A stretch of 64,000 bases of DNA from a bacterium (GCA_963674695.2 CAXXGI010000001.1:512001-576000); one strand, 5' to 3'. Counted from the first letter of the stretch, positions 26,122 through 36,826 are shown. A program made the numbers and translations. The notes: generated from the letters alone by a model not told the origin.

Positions 26122-29100
26122 CTAGTCCACCACATGTATCGTATCGACCGGATCGCCGAGGCGGTCGAGGGCGATCATGGAGACGGCAAGCGATTCGATC
26201 TGGTCGTCGTCGGCGCGCAGACAGCCGAAGGTGGGATGGCGGAAATCGCGGCGGCCGCCGTGGAGGAAGAGCGCGCGGCGCTGGGCGATGGCATCATCGG
26301 CCTCTGTCCCGAGCTCGCCGGCGAAGAGGCGAACGCGGCCGAAGCTCACGGCATATTCCTCCACGCCCGCACCCTCGCGACGGCTCGTCCACGCCGCGCC
26401 GCCGGCGCGGCTCTCGCCCGCGATCACCTCGCGCAGGCCATAGCGATCGTAGACCTGGGCGCGATACTGCGCGTTGATGAAGTCGGGGACGCCGATGGAA
26501 TAGGTGCCGTTCGGAAAGGGACCGTTGGCGCCGATCGCGAGCGGGTCGGCCTTGGGTCGCGTCACGTTGTTGGCCACATCGTATTCACCGAGGGGACCGT
26601 AGTCTTCGCTCATGAGCCACATCCGTTCGACCGAGCGCTGAAAGAGGATCCAGGCCAGGCCCAGGATATCGACAAAGCGCGAAGGATCGGCGTTGGCATA
26701 TCCATAGCGATTCGCATCGGGCGCACGCGAATCGAACTGCGGCCGCGCAAAGAGGCGACCGAAGGGAAGGACGCCGTAGTCGGCGGAGATGTGCATCGGC
26801 CGATTGGGGAAAGTCGTGCGCGCCGCGCCCCCCTGTCCGGCGTGCAGGGAGAGCGCGGGCACGATGGCGAGCGAGACCCGCGCCCGATGCGGCGTCTTGA
26901 TGCCGAGCGGATCCGGCGTGAAAAAGCGCGCATGCTGCGGGCTGTAGACGCGCTCGCGCATATCGACGAGACCCGTGCGACGATCGAGGTCGTGACCGGC
27001 GAATGACGCGGTCCCTTCGCAATCGGGCAGCGGTTCGCCATACGGGGCATACCGACAGCGCGATGCGATGGCGCCGTCCTGCACGGTGGCGATGCGCGAA
27101 CCGATGCGATCGCGCAGGAGCAGGCGCGTCTCATCGCCGTCGAGCGTTGCGAATGGAAACGAGGCGCCCTCGGCGAAGAGATGCGCGGCACTCGTCTCGG
27201 CACCCTCGTCGGCGATGCGCAACCAACCGTTCCAGAGGTGACGACGCTCTCCCTCCGACGTCACCGAGCGCACGCGGCGGTCGAAGGCATCGTAGAAGTG
27301 GTGCGCGATCTCCCCCTCGCCTTCGAAGACATGCGTCAGACGATTGAAGGCATCGTAGACATACCGGCGCGACCCGTCGGCGATGAGGTTTCCGCTTGCA
27401 TCGGAGCGCTGCACATCGGCATTCGAAGCAGAAACCCCTTCGATCAGGTTGTCGGCGGCGTCATAGGCATAGCGCCAGGTCTGTCGAGCACCCGGAGATT
27501 CGTCGGTAACTCCGACAAGCCGTCCCACGCCATCGCGCTCGAAGCGACGCACGTGATCGTCGATGCGCTCCTGCGCGAGGAGACCGTCGGCGCCGAAGGC
27601 AAGCTCCCTCGTCAGGAGTGGCTTTGCCCCTGCAACGGTCGCGCGCTGCACATGACCGATCGCGTCGCGCTCGAAACGCTCTTCAACGCCATGGGAAAAT
27701 TGGACGCGTGCAATTGCACCGCGCGAATCGGAGGTGAACGACGCCACGCGATCGGCGCCAACCATCACGCTCACCAATCGTCCCGCCTGATCGCGCAGAT
27801 ACGAGACGGTCGGCCCCGTCGGAGAGTGAAGCGCCACCATACGCCCTGCGTCGTCGAAGGTACGCGTGATCCACGCATCATTTTGCATCTCGGCCACAGG
27901 GCGTGAGAGGGAATCGTAGCGGATGTGCACGCGCGCCATTGCGATGGGATCGGCGATGGCGCCGGCATCCACCGCGCGCGTCAGGCGCCCGAGACCGTCG
28001 TAGGTGAATTGCTGCATTCCCGAGACCGCCCGACTCTCCGCGCGATAGATCTCGCGGCGCATGAGATGTCCCCCCTCGTCGAAGCGTTGGCGCAGGCGCG
28101 AGCCGTCGCGCATCTGCGCACCCACGACGTGATCCTCTTCGTCGTAGGCCAGGCGCGTGCGAGCGCCATCCGGAAGGATCGTCTCGATCAGACGCCCGAG
28201 GGCATCGTAGCCAAACTGCGTCGCATCTCCCATGGCATCGATGAACTGCACGAGGCGATCGTCGGCGCCCCAACGCTGGCGCATCGTCGTTTTGATCTCG
28301 CCCCCCGCACGCGTCACCGTGACACGCCGGCCCAGGTCATCCATCGCAAAACGCAGCGCCCTGTCGCCGGGGGCAATCGCCTCGCGCAAAAAGCCCTGAT
28401 CGTCGTACGCATAGCGCCAGGCGAGGTCTTCCCCCACCGTCACTGTCCGCGGAAACCCCGCATCGGAGTAGGCGATGCGCATCCGATCGAGGCACTTGCC
28501 CTCGGCGTCGATGCAGCTCTCGGTGACGCGCCCGCTCGCATCGCGCTGGAAGACTCGCCGCACACCGGCGGCATCGATCCGGGCGACGAGCAAACCGCGC
28601 GCGTCATACTCGAAGCGTTCCACCGCGCCGGTCGGATCGATCGATGCGATGAGCCTGCCCGCACCATCGTAGCGATAGTGTTCATCGACCCAACGACCGC
28701 GGGCGGGATCCTCGCGCCAGAGCAGGCGTGAGCGCCGCACGAGATTCCCATTCTTATCGTAGACGGCGCGCGCGTGTGCGAGGAGCACACCCTTGGCATC
28801 GACGTCCCGTCGTTCGACGATGCGACCGAGCTTGTCGCGGGCGTATTCCGTGCGGTTCCCCCGAGCATCGATGACAGCGATCACCTCGCCGAAACCGTTG
28901 CGCTGCATCCGCGTGCTGTTCCCGTTTCCGTCGATGAGGGCGATGACCGCACCATCGACATCGCGCTCCACGCGGCGTTCGGAGCGCTCGAGCGAATCGG
29001 CCCCGCGCACGACGCCGCGCACGCGTCCGAGGGCATCGCGCTGCCACACGGTGACGCTTCCACCCGGGGCGATGGCGCGCACCATCCGTCCGGCGCCGTC

Positions 29101-32100
29101 ATAGACCAATCGCCTTTCGCGCATCTGTTCGGGCGCGACCTGCTCGCGCTGTACGGTCAACCGATCGAGCACATCGCGGGCGAACTCCCAGCGCAGCTCG
29201 TGGCCCTCGCGCTCGGTGATGACGGCGACGAGGGCGTCGTTGGCATCGAAGCGATAGCGCAGGCTGGCCAACCCCGGGCGATCCTCGCGCACGATGCGAT
29301 TGCGGGCGTCCAACTGAAATTGCTGCACGGAACCGTCGGGATGGTTGATCGAGGTGATATTCCCCACCGGGTCGTAGGCGAAGCGGCGTTCATCGCCCGC
29401 ACCGCGATCGATGGCGGCGAGATAGCCGCCGGCCTCCGACGCATCGGCGAACGCGTCTCGCGCCAGGTCGTCGCCGTCCGGATCGGCACTCGGATAATAG
29501 CGATACGCGATCGCGACATGCGCGCCGTCGACTTGGCGCGTGAGCTGGCCGAAGCGATCGTGCGCGAACGTCCAGAGGCGCTGCCACTTCCCCTCGTCTT
29601 GCGCGCGTCGCTCGATGGCCATGAGGTCAGCCGCCGCGTTTTCCGCATACACGAATCGCGTCTCGACATGCTCCGGATTGCGCATCAGGTGGGGGCGACC
29701 AAAGCGCGGCTCATAGGCGATGCGCGTCACACGGCTCGCGCCGCCACCGGCGGGTTCATCGACGATGCGCACAGGGCGGTCGATCTCGTGTCCATAGCGA
29801 AAGAGGCGGCAGCGCCCCGATGGGAGGCAGTCGCGCGTGCGCTCACCGCGCCCATTATAATGATAGCGTCGAATGAGGCGATAGGTCCCCTCGTCGAGCC
29901 ACCAGAGGCGCGTGAGGTGCCCGGCCGCATCGTGCTCGTAGAGGCGCGTGGTGCCCACCGCATCGGTGATCCAGGTGCGCGAAGCGACCATGCCCTGCCC
30001 CGGCCCATAGCGCGCATGCATCCAGGAGGCTCCGCCATAGCGCTGCGCGACGATGCGGCGCTGCGCATCGAAGCGATTCTGCAGATAGACCTCCCCCTTG
30101 GCATCCATGATGAGGGTGAGCAGGTGCGCGCGCGGATCGTTCTCGGGCACGCGCGTGTAGCGATAGGCGGTGGTGGTGCCCTGGGGGAATCCCGGAACCG
30201 CGGGCGCGGTCACGCCGATGAGCTCGCGCCGATCGTTGTAGGCATACCGAAAGGTGCGGTCGGCGAAGTCGGTGAGCGATGCGATGAGACCGTCGGCGCG
30301 ACGCGCGATGCGAATGCGCCGACCGAAGACATCGATGATCGTGGCGAGCAGACCCGCATCATTATAATGGAAGGCCAGACGATTGCCGTGGCGATCGATC
30401 GTTTCGATCAGGCGGCCCTCGCGATCGAAGCGCGTGATGAGGCCATCGCGCGCGCGCAGCTCGAAACCGCCCGGCACACGCACGAGCTGCGCATCGCTCC
30501 CGGGCGGAGAGACAAACCCCTCGCCATCGGCACGGAAGAAAAATTTAGCACCGCGCGCGTCGATATGCGTGAGCCCGTCGTGCGTGCCGTCGTTCCAGGG
30601 ACGCAGGTGCTGGGCGTAGCTGTGCGTCCAGCCCCAACCGAACTCGCCGAGGAAGGGACGCGCGCCGCGATAGATGCGCGCGAAGGACAGGTTGAGCCCG
30701 CGCCCGGGGATGACGAGGTCGACCGTCTCGTTGACATACATGCCCGTGGCGGTGAGCACCGGGTCGAGCTCCTCGGAGACGCTCGGGTTGAGCGCGGGCT
30801 CGGCCTCGACCTCCATGATGTCGGCCACGGGACCCAAAACGCGCAGATCGTCGAGCGCCTCGGTTGCGATCTCGGCGATCTCTTCGGAAACCGCGTCGTT
30901 GGCTGCATGCAATGCATCGCGCACCGCCTGCACTTCATCACCGATCTCATCGATCGGGCGCCAGTTGCCGTCCTCACCCAGGAGCCCCCCTTCGAGACCC
31001 GCGCGATCGAGGAGTTCATCCCAGGAGGCGGGGATACCGTTGAACGCATCCGGCACCAGGTCGGCCAGTTCATCCGCACCGCGATCCATCGCGCGCGCGA
31101 GTTCATCGATGCGCTCGCGCATCGGTCCGACAATGCGCTCCTGAAGATCGGTGAGTTCGCGCCCAATCTCATCGGTCACGCGTTCGAGTTCAGCGCTGAT
31201 TTCATCGAGCGGTTCGTTGAGCAGGGCATCGATGCGGTCGGCCTGTTGCTGCAGACGATCGAACGGCTCGGCCAACTCCTCGAGGATCCCGTCGAACTCG
31301 GGCGCAAAGCCGGCGACCCAGGCGACATCGCGCGCAAGAGCGGCCAACTGCATGAGCGAGAGGTTGATCGCTTGGCGATTGCGCACCTGCCAGAGCATGA
31401 CGCGCATGACCTCCATACCGCGACGCAGCTCAAAGGGATCGACGGTCATCCCCATATACGCACGTGCGAAATGAGCTGCTGCCGAGGCAGCGAGCATGGC
31501 GGCATAAGCGGGCGTGGGGAGTTTTATCGCCGGGCGATTGAGGATGGAGTCGCGTAGGTTCTGCAACGCCTCGCCCGGAAAATATTGGCGCGCCTCATCC
31601 ACATATCGCTCGAACGCTTCGGGTCCGGCCTGCAATGCCTGCATGGCCTCGGGCGGAAGATTTCCCTCAAGGGCATCGCTGATGCGCGCGCGCAGAGCCG
31701 CAACCGTCCCCTCGCCCACGAGCGCCCCCGTACTCGCAGCGAGATAATCGGCGAAGGTGTCGAGCGAAAGACCGGTGCGGATCGTCTCGCGCAGGTCGGT
31801 GAGCTGCACCCAACTGGGCACGCCGCGCTCACGCGCGAGCGCTTCGAGACGAGAGAGAGCCTGGTCATAGAAACCGGATGCAAGCGCATCGACCTGGTCA
31901 TTGAGGGATATTTCGAGTTCAGCGACGACGCGTTCGGCAATCGCCTCCGCCTCACGGGCGACCTCCTCGCCCACCGCGCGCGCGAAGAGTTCGTCGACCA
32001 CGAGGCGTCGGACCTGGCCGGGCAGCCACGCTCGGAGACGCTGCGCAAACTCCGCCTTCACGGCCTCTTTGAGCGCCACGTCGACGCGGCCGAAGAACGG

Positions 32101-32424
32101 CGCCGACGACGCGCCGCTGCGATGGCGCTCGGCCGCGGTCGCGATGGCATCGACCATCCAGGTGCGCCCCTCCTCGGAGAGCGCGCGAGCGAGCGTGCGA
32201 CGCGCGAGCCCCTCGACATAGCCGGCAACACCGTCCATGGCAGAGCTGTTTGCAATGGCGGTGACATTGCCATCGGTCAGCCCACCAAATTCAACCGTTT
32301 CGGCGGAAGAGGCGAAACCCACCCCTGCGATGAGCACGACTGCGCTCGCGACGACGCCGACACACCACTGTACGACCCAATTCATGCGCGCATGCAATGC
32401 AAGAACCAAGCCAACAAGGCTCAC
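26122..32424 (-). CDS. Rhs/YD-repeat protein with N-terminal signal and helical region and C-terminal L,D-transpeptidase-like (Tlde1/YkuD-type) domain
   Basis: DUF6531-like DPVLTATG..PGRGLNLSFARIY..GWGWTHSY; YD repeats; core ending DPSRFVDILGL; tip GPFPNGTY...LFLHGG..HPTFGCLR. Confidence 0.9.
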   Translation of the reverse strand: MSLVGLVLALHARMNWVVQWCVGVVASAVVLIAGVGFASSAETVEFGGLTDGNVTAIANSSAMDGVAGYVEGLARRTLARALSEEGRTWMVDAIATAAERHRSGASSAPFFGRVDVALKEAVKAEFAQRLRAWLPGQVRRLVVDELFARAVGEEVAREAEAIAERVVAELEISLNDQVDALASGFYDQALSRLEALARERGVPSWVQLTDLRETIRTGLSLDTFADYLAASTGALVGEGTVAALRARISDALEGNLPPEAMQALQAGPEAFERYVDEARQYFPGEALQNLRDSILNRPAIKLPTPAYAAMLAASAAAHFARAYMGMTVDPFELRRGMEVMRVMLWQVRNRQAINLSLMQLAALARDVAWVAGFAPEFDGILEELAEPFDRLQQQADRIDALLNEPLDEISAELERVTDEIGRELTDLQERIVGPMRERIDELARAMDRGADELADLVPDAFNGIPASWDELLDRAGLEGGLLGEDGNWRPIDEIGDEVQAVRDALHAANDAVSEEIAEIATEALDDLRVLGPVADIMEVEAEPALNPSVSEELDPVLTATGMYVNETVDLVIPGRGLNLSFARIYRGARPFLGEFGWGWTHSYAQHLRPWNDGTHDGLTHIDARGAKFFFRADGEGFVSPPGSDAQLVRVPGGFELRARDGLITRFDREGRLIETIDRHGNRLAFHYNDAGLLATIIDVFGRRIRIARRADGLIASLTDFADRTFRYAYNDRRELIGVTAPAVPGFPQGTTTAYRYTRVPENDPRAHLLTLIMDAKGEVYLQNRFDAQRRIVAQRYGGASWMHARYGPGQGMVASRTWITDAVGTTRLYEHDAAGHLTRLWWLDEGTYRLIRRYHYNGRGERTRDCLPSGRCRLFRYGHEIDRPVRIVDEPAGGGASRVTRIAYEPRFGRPHLMRNPEHVETRFVYAENAAADLMAIERRAQDEGKWQRLWTFAHDRFGQLTRQVDGAHVAIAYRYYPSADPDGDDLARDAFADASEAGGYLAAIDRGAGDERRFAYDPVGNITSINHPDGSVQQFQLDARNRIVREDRPGLASLRYRFDANDALVAVITEREGHELRWEFARDVLDRLTVQREQVAPEQMRERRLVYDGAGRMVRAIAPGGSVTVWQRDALGRVRGVVRGADSLERSERRVERDVDGAVIALIDGNGNSTRMQRNGFGEVIAVIDARGNRTEYARDKLGRIVERRDVDAKGVLLAHARAVYDKNGNLVRRSRLLWREDPARGRWVDEHYRYDGAGRLIASIDPTGAVERFEYDARGLLVARIDAAGVRRVFQRDASGRVTESCIDAEGKCLDRMRIAYSDAGFPRTVTVGEDLAWRYAYDDQGFLREAIAPGDRALRFAMDDLGRRVTVTRAGGEIKTTMRQRWGADDRLVQFIDAMGDATQFGYDALGRLIETILPDGARTRLAYDEEDHVVGAQMRDGSRLRQRFDEGGHLMRREIYRAESRAVSGMQQFTYDGLGRLTRAVDAGAIADPIAMARVHIRYDSLSRPVAEMQNDAWITRTFDDAGRMVALHSPTGPTVSYLRDQAGRLVSVMVGADRVASFTSDSRGAIARVQFSHGVEERFERDAIGHVQRATVAGAKPLLTRELAFGADGLLAQERIDDHVRRFERDGVGRLVGVTDESPGARQTWRYAYDAADNLIEGVSASNADVQRSDASGNLIADGSRRYVYDAFNRLTHVFEGEGEIAHHFYDAFDRRVRSVTSEGERRHLWNGWLRIADEGAETSAAHLFAEGASFPFATLDGDETRLLLRDRIGSRIATVQDGAIASRCRYAPYGEPLPDCEGTASFAGHDLDRRTGLVDMRERVYSPQHARFFTPDPLGIKTPHRARVSLAIVPALSLHAGQGGAARTTFPNRPMHISADYGVLPFGRLFARPQFDSRAPDANRYGYANADPSRFVDILGLAWILFQRSVERMWLMSEDYGPLGEYDVANNVTRPKADPLAIGANGPFPNGTYSIGVPDFINAQYRAQVYDRYGLREVIAGESRAGGAAWTSRREGAGVEEYAVSFGRVRLFAGELGTEADDAIAQRRALFLHGGRRDFRHPTFGCLRADDDQIESLAVSMIALDRLGDPVDTIHVVD

Positions 32425-32496
32425 TTGTTTTTCAGGGAGTTATGGATTCGCCACCGCCGCCAATTGCAGCAGTTGATGCAAAACGCAGCAGCGCCG

Positions 32497-33885
32497 TTAC
32501 GGATGAATCGGCAGATCGATCAAATAGACACCCTTCTGGTCACAGCCACTCCACGAAAATCTCACGACGACATATTCCCCACCGTCTGCCCAGAAACTGG
32601 TTCCATACGTATCCATATGGCAGGTTTCCGAACGATCCCCAAACACCGGAAGCTCGCGCTGCATCCACGACCACAGACCGCTGCCTTGATCATAAGCCTT
32701 ATAGGCCAACGAATTATCATTGTCCCTGATCATCAAAGGCATAATCGGGACGCCGAGCTCGAAACCGGGGAAGTGAATAAGATCACTATTGCGATTATGA
32801 TAGAGGTAATTCGCGTTTCGAGCTGTTCTCCAATCATCGAGAATGCCCTGATCTTCGATCGCCTCCCAGGAGGCATCCGCCTGATCCGCTCGACGGCGGT
32901 ATAGGACAAAGGAATGATCCTGCGTTGTTCCTCCGAAAAAGAGATAGGGCTGCACGATCTCCAACAACGGATATGTATTCTCATCCGATGGCCGTTCAAA
33001 GACCGTACCATGCGTGATATCCCTCAATTCATAAGAGGAATCGCCCATCGCAAGCTCATAAATCTGATTTGAACCACCGACCAAATAGAGTCGCTTGTTC
33101 ACATCATCGAATCGAATCGCATAGGGCATAGCGAGATAAAAGAAATTCTCGGGGAGTGACACTTGAGTAATACGATCTCCGGGTGCCTTCTGCGTGGAAA
33201 CAATTTGTTGAAAAAAGGATAACTGAGAGCGCTGCGAAGCATTGCCCCGTTCATTTTGTTTCCACATTTCAAGCACGCTGCCATCACGGTTATAATATTC
33301 AACGAGAAACACGGCCCGTTTATCAACAAGATACATCCCGAAGACATTTGCGTCCCGGAAGCGCTCGATCGGCACCCACATGTTCCCCTTCGGATCCAGC
33401 TGAAAGGCGTGCCCATAGAATGACGCGTAGTACATGCCATTGAACTCAAAGACATTGATATAATCCTCATTCATATTCACAACCGGGGGAAGCCCCCTGC
33501 CAAGACGTCGAAAATTTGACAGCCGAGGCCTTTCCCATCCAGAATGATCACGGGCGTCGATGGCCAGCTGAAAGGTCACGGCTTCTTCGTTGAGTTCATA
33601 GATTCCATTAAGAGAGGGATCGATCTCGTCAGCCACAACGAAAAAAGTGCGATCCCCGTTGAAACGAATGGCACGAATAGCATTCGACCGAAATTCAGAG
33701 GCAATATGATGCCATTTCCCTCGCTCTCGCTTCCGATCGAACGCGATATAATACGGTCTCTGCATGGAAATCTGCGGGGGCTCCTTACGCGGCGTGTGCT
33801 TAAGCGATTGCGCCTGCACACCGGAGACACTTCCAAAAACGATGACAAATGCCGCTATCCCGACAATTCCTGTCCGTATCTTCAT
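32497..33885 (-). CDS. Secreted hypothetical protein, probably beta-propeller-like
   Basis: GGGAGG RBS with MKIRTGIVGIAAFVIVFGSVSGVQA signal peptide; aromatic, beta-rich sequence; lower GC than its neighbours. Confidence 0.7.
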   Translation of the reverse strand: MKIRTGIVGIAAFVIVFGSVSGVQAQSLKHTPRKEPPQISMQRPYYIAFDRKRERGKWHHIASEFRSNAIRAIRFNGDRTFFVVADEIDPSLNGIYELNEEAVTFQLAIDARDHSGWERPRLSNFRRLGRGLPPVVNMNEDYINVFEFNGMYYASFYGHAFQLDPKGNMWVPIERFRDANVFGMYLVDKRAVFLVEYYNRDGSVLEMWKQNERGNASQRSQLSFFQQIVSTQKAPGDRITQVSLPENFFYLAMPYAIRFDDVNKRLYLVGGSNQIYELAMGDSSYELRDITHGTVFERPSDENTYPLLEIVQPYLFFGGTTQDHSFVLYRRRADQADASWEAIEDQGILDDWRTARNANYLYHNRNSDLIHFPGFELGVPIMPLMIRDNDNSLAYKAYDQGSGLWSWMQRELPVFGDRSETCHMDTYGTSFWADGGEYVVVRFSWSGCDQKGVYLIDLPIHP

Positions 33886-34008
33886 ATCCGCCTCCCGTGA
33901 GAACCAAAGCAGTATACAAGCAACAACCATGCCAACAGCTACTGACATTCCTTCAGCCGAAATGCGATATTGAATCCTATCAGAGGAAAGCGGCGTGATC
34001 AATCATCG

Positions 34009-35637
34009 TTACTGCTGACAGACCAGGCGCGCCTCATCTACGAAGTCGGCCCGGCAGCGCGTGTTCGTGCCGGCGGCCAACTGCAGGCGGCGCGATACGC
34101 TCCGGCCGGTGGGCGGATGATGCACGCGCACCTCGTGGGCCCCGGGGGCAAGCGTGAGGTGCAGCGGCGCCTCGCGACCGCGCGCGGCCCCCGCGACATC
34201 GACCATCCCCCACGGGCGCGCGGTCACGGAAAGGCGCGCATGCCCGCGTCGCGCGAGCGAAACATTCGCCACCATCGCGGGGCTCTCCGGCGTCAGGCGA
34301 AAGGTCTTCGTGGCGGGGACATGTCCGGGGAGCGAGAGCGTGACGCGACCGTCGATGCCATCGCCCAGATCGATGGCATCCTGCACGAAGGGAGTGGTGA
34401 TGGCGCGGCGCTCGCCGCCAAAGAAGAGCGTCCCGGTCGCGCCGGTGGGGGTGCTGTCGATCACGATGCGGCCGCTGACCGGGACGGTCGGCGATGGGGC
34501 GGACGCTGCCGCCACTTCCTGCGATATGCTGCTCGGCGGCACCTCTACCGACACCTCGCGCGAACCGACCGGCGGCACCGCCGCGAGCAAAAGGAGAATG
34601 ACCGCTGCCCCCATCAGGCGCAGGCGATGCCACGACCACTTCCGGAGTCTCTGGCCCACCTCCACCGGCATGACGCGCGTGCCGTCGCCCTCGGCCTCTG
34701 TCCCGAGTGTCGCACGCGGCGCGCACGCGAAGCGCTCGTGCAGGAGGCCCGCCATCTCCAACGAGGTACTCATCGCCCCCAGGATCTGCATCGCCTGCCG
34801 CACGTCGGCGAGCATCTCCGAGGCATGCTGGTAGCGAACATCCGAGTCGGCCGCGAGGGCGAGGAGGAGGATCGCGCGCAACTCCGGTGGCAGATGCGCC
34901 ATGCGTTCCTGCGGCAGATCGACCGAACGCACGCGCTCGAGGACCTCGATGTCGGTCGGCGCATCGAAGAGGCGCGAAGCGGTGAGAAGCTCGAAGAGCA
35001 TAATGCCGCAGGCGAAGAGATCGGCGCGGCAATCGACGGACTCGCCGCGCGCCTGCTCCGGCGCCATGTAGGCGTACTTGCCGCGCGGCGCCCCCATCGC
35101 CGTGACGTGCGTGCGATGCCCTCCCTTGGCGATGCCGAAGTCGGTCACCTTCACCTCGCCGTTGACGGAGATGAGGATGTTCGAGGGCGAAATATCGCGA
35201 TGAACGATATGGAGGGGCGTGCCATCGGCGCCGACCGAGCGATGGGCAAACTCGAGGGCGACGAGCACCTGGGCCGTGATGAAGAGCGCCTGCGCCATGG
35301 GCAGGGGTTCCTCATCGCGCAGGCAGAAACGCAAGAGCTGCCCCGCGTCGATGCCGTCGACATATTCCATGGCGATGAAGGGGACCGACGCGTCGCGACC
35401 CAGTTCATAGACCTGCACGATCGCCTGGTGCTGCAGGTGCGTGAGCACGCGCGCCTCGTCGATGAGGAGCGTGCGCAGCTCGGCGTTGCCGCACCAGTTG
35501 GGCAGCAGGCGCTTGATCGCAACGGTCTTGACGAACCCATCGGAGGACTCAAACCGGGCGCGAAAGACCTCGGCCGTCCCCCCGCGCGCGATGCGCTCCA
35601 GGAGCGTATACCGGCCAAACCGATGCGGGAGTTTCAT
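34009..35637 (-). CDS. Hanks-type Ser/Thr protein kinase with TM and PEGA-like domains
   Basis: ARGGTAEV, VAIK, HRDISPSN, DFG, YMAPE, then TM and DSTPTGA / ARPWG repeats. Confidence 0.93.
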   Translation of the reverse strand: MKLPHRFGRYTLLERIARGGTAEVFRARFESSDGFVKTVAIKRLLPNWCGNAELRTLLIDEARVLTHLQHQAIVQVYELGRDASVPFIAMEYVDGIDAGQLLRFCLRDEEPLPMAQALFITAQVLVALEFAHRSVGADGTPLHIVHRDISPSNILISVNGEVKVTDFGIAKGGHRTHVTAMGAPRGKYAYMAPEQARGESVDCRADLFACGIMLFELLTASRLFDAPTDIEVLERVRSVDLPQERMAHLPPELRAILLLALAADSDVRYQHASEMLADVRQAMQILGAMSTSLEMAGLLHERFACAPRATLGTEAEGDGTRVMPVEVGQRLRKWSWHRLRLMGAAVILLLLAAVPPVGSREVSVEVPPSSISQEVAAASAPSPTVPVSGRIVIDSTPTGATGTLFFGGERRAITTPFVQDAIDLGDGIDGRVTLSLPGHVPATKTFRLTPESPAMVANVSLARRGHARLSVTARPWGMVDVAGAARGREAPLHLTLAPGAHEVRVHHPPTGRSVSRRLQLAAGTNTRCRADFVDEARLVCQQ

Positions 35638-35660
35638 AGAAGCGTTCTTTCGTAAAGTTC

Positions 35661-35735
35661 GTCATTCTGAGCGCAAGCGAAGAATCCCGATTTCAGATCG
35701 TCAATCGGTATCCTTCGCTTCCAGCTCAGGATGAC
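35661..35735. repeat. REP-like doublet (GTCATTCTGAG type)
   Basis: GTCATTCTGAGCGCAAGCGAAGAATCC...CCTTCGCTTCCAGCTCAGGATGAC. Confidence 0.75.
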
Positions 35736-35814
35736 TCACCCTGGAAACCGAGTTTTTGGAAATGTCCCTCATTGCACATCCACACGACTACAGAACGACG
35801 CAGCCCCCTGGTAA

Positions 35815-35830
35815 AGCAAGGGGCGTGCCA
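35815..35830 (-). promoter_or_regulatory. Sigma-54 promoter upstream of the kinase / secreted protein / Rhs genes
   Basis: TGGCACG-CCCC-TTGCT, an exact consensus match. Confidence 0.75.
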
Positions 35831-35978
35831 AGGAGGGCGATTCATTTTCGGCAATCATTTCAGCACACGCATCGGCAGACCGGGGGCGAATGCGTTCGCG
35901 GGATGAAACAGTGTGCGTCGGATGAAACAGTCAGCCGCATTGACCGGACGAGTCCCCTTCATTATAGAGGGGATGACC

Positions 35979-36779
35979 ATGTCGATTCCCATCCTCATCG
36001 GGCTGGCCGTCGCACTCGCCATCGTCGCCTTTGCGGCTGCCATCCTCGGCATCGGCGGGGGGGCGGCCTACACGCCGCTGCAGGTCATCGCCGGCGTCGA
36101 GATCCACACCGCGGCGGCCACGAGCCTCCTGCTCATCGCGGTACTCTCGCTCTCGGCCACGCGCGTCTATCGGCGCGCACGCAGAATCGACTGGGGCATG
36201 GCACTCGTCTTCGAGACGGCCACCGTCATCGGCGGATTTCTGGGAGGCTACGGCTCGCACCTGATTCCCTCGCGCCCGCTCACCATCCTGCTCATCGCGG
36301 CAATCACCTTTTCCGGCATCCTGATGCTCAAGGGACGGCTGTACACGCACGAAATACGGCCGCGCCGAATGCGCTTCTACCACTGGCAGCGCAGGCTGGG
36401 GGATGAGCGCTACAGCGTGAACCTCCTGCTCGCGCTGCCCCTCTGCCTCATCGCCGGCATCATCGCCGGGCTCGTGGGGATCGGCGGCGGCATCCTCAAG
36501 GTGCCGATGATGGCGCTGCTGCTGGGCGTGCCGATCGACATCGCCATCGCGACGAGCGCCTTCATGGTGGGGCTGACCGCGCTGGGAGGATTTGCGGGAC
36601 ACCTGAGCGCGGGGCACGTCGACTGGCGCAGCGCGGCCGTGCTCGCCCCCACGGTCTTCATCGGCGCGCAGATCGGCGCCCACTGCATGCTGCGCATCCC
36701 GAAGGGACGCCTCAAGCGTATCTTCGGCATCGCCATGCTCGTCATCGCCGCGGGGCTGGCGTGGAAGGTGCTGAAATAA
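35979..36779 (+). CDS. TSUP (TauE/SafE) family transporter
   Basis: Two GIGGG motifs, AIATS, about 8 TM segments. Confidence 0.9.
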   Translation: MSIPILIGLAVALAIVAFAAAILGIGGGAAYTPLQVIAGVEIHTAAATSLLLIAVLSLSATRVYRRARRIDWGMALVFETATVIGGFLGGYGSHLIPSRPLTILLIAAITFSGILMLKGRLYTHEIRPRRMRFYHWQRRLGDERYSVNLLLALPLCLIAGIIAGLVGIGGGILKVPMMALLLGVPIDIAIATSAFMVGLTALGGFAGHLSAGHVDWRSAAVLAPTVFIGAQIGAHCMLRIPKGRLKRIFGIAMLVIAAGLAWKVLK

Positions 36780-36826
36780 CAGAAGATTTTAAGATATACG
36801 GACGTTGTTGAAATATTCTTTTTCCA

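Noticed and set aside
28774-31557. 927-aa plus-strand ORF and other long antisense ORFs (71-961, 1349-2704, 11152-12630, 33970-35655, 46547-48703, 51963-53459)
   Set aside because: These are shadow frames of GC-rich genes with clear motifs on the opposite strand.
26122-32424. Apparent abundance of CGATCG/ATCGAT (HIP1-like)
   Set aside because: Ile-Asp/Ala-Ile codon usage in GC-rich genes could explain it; I cannot support it without observed/expected counts.
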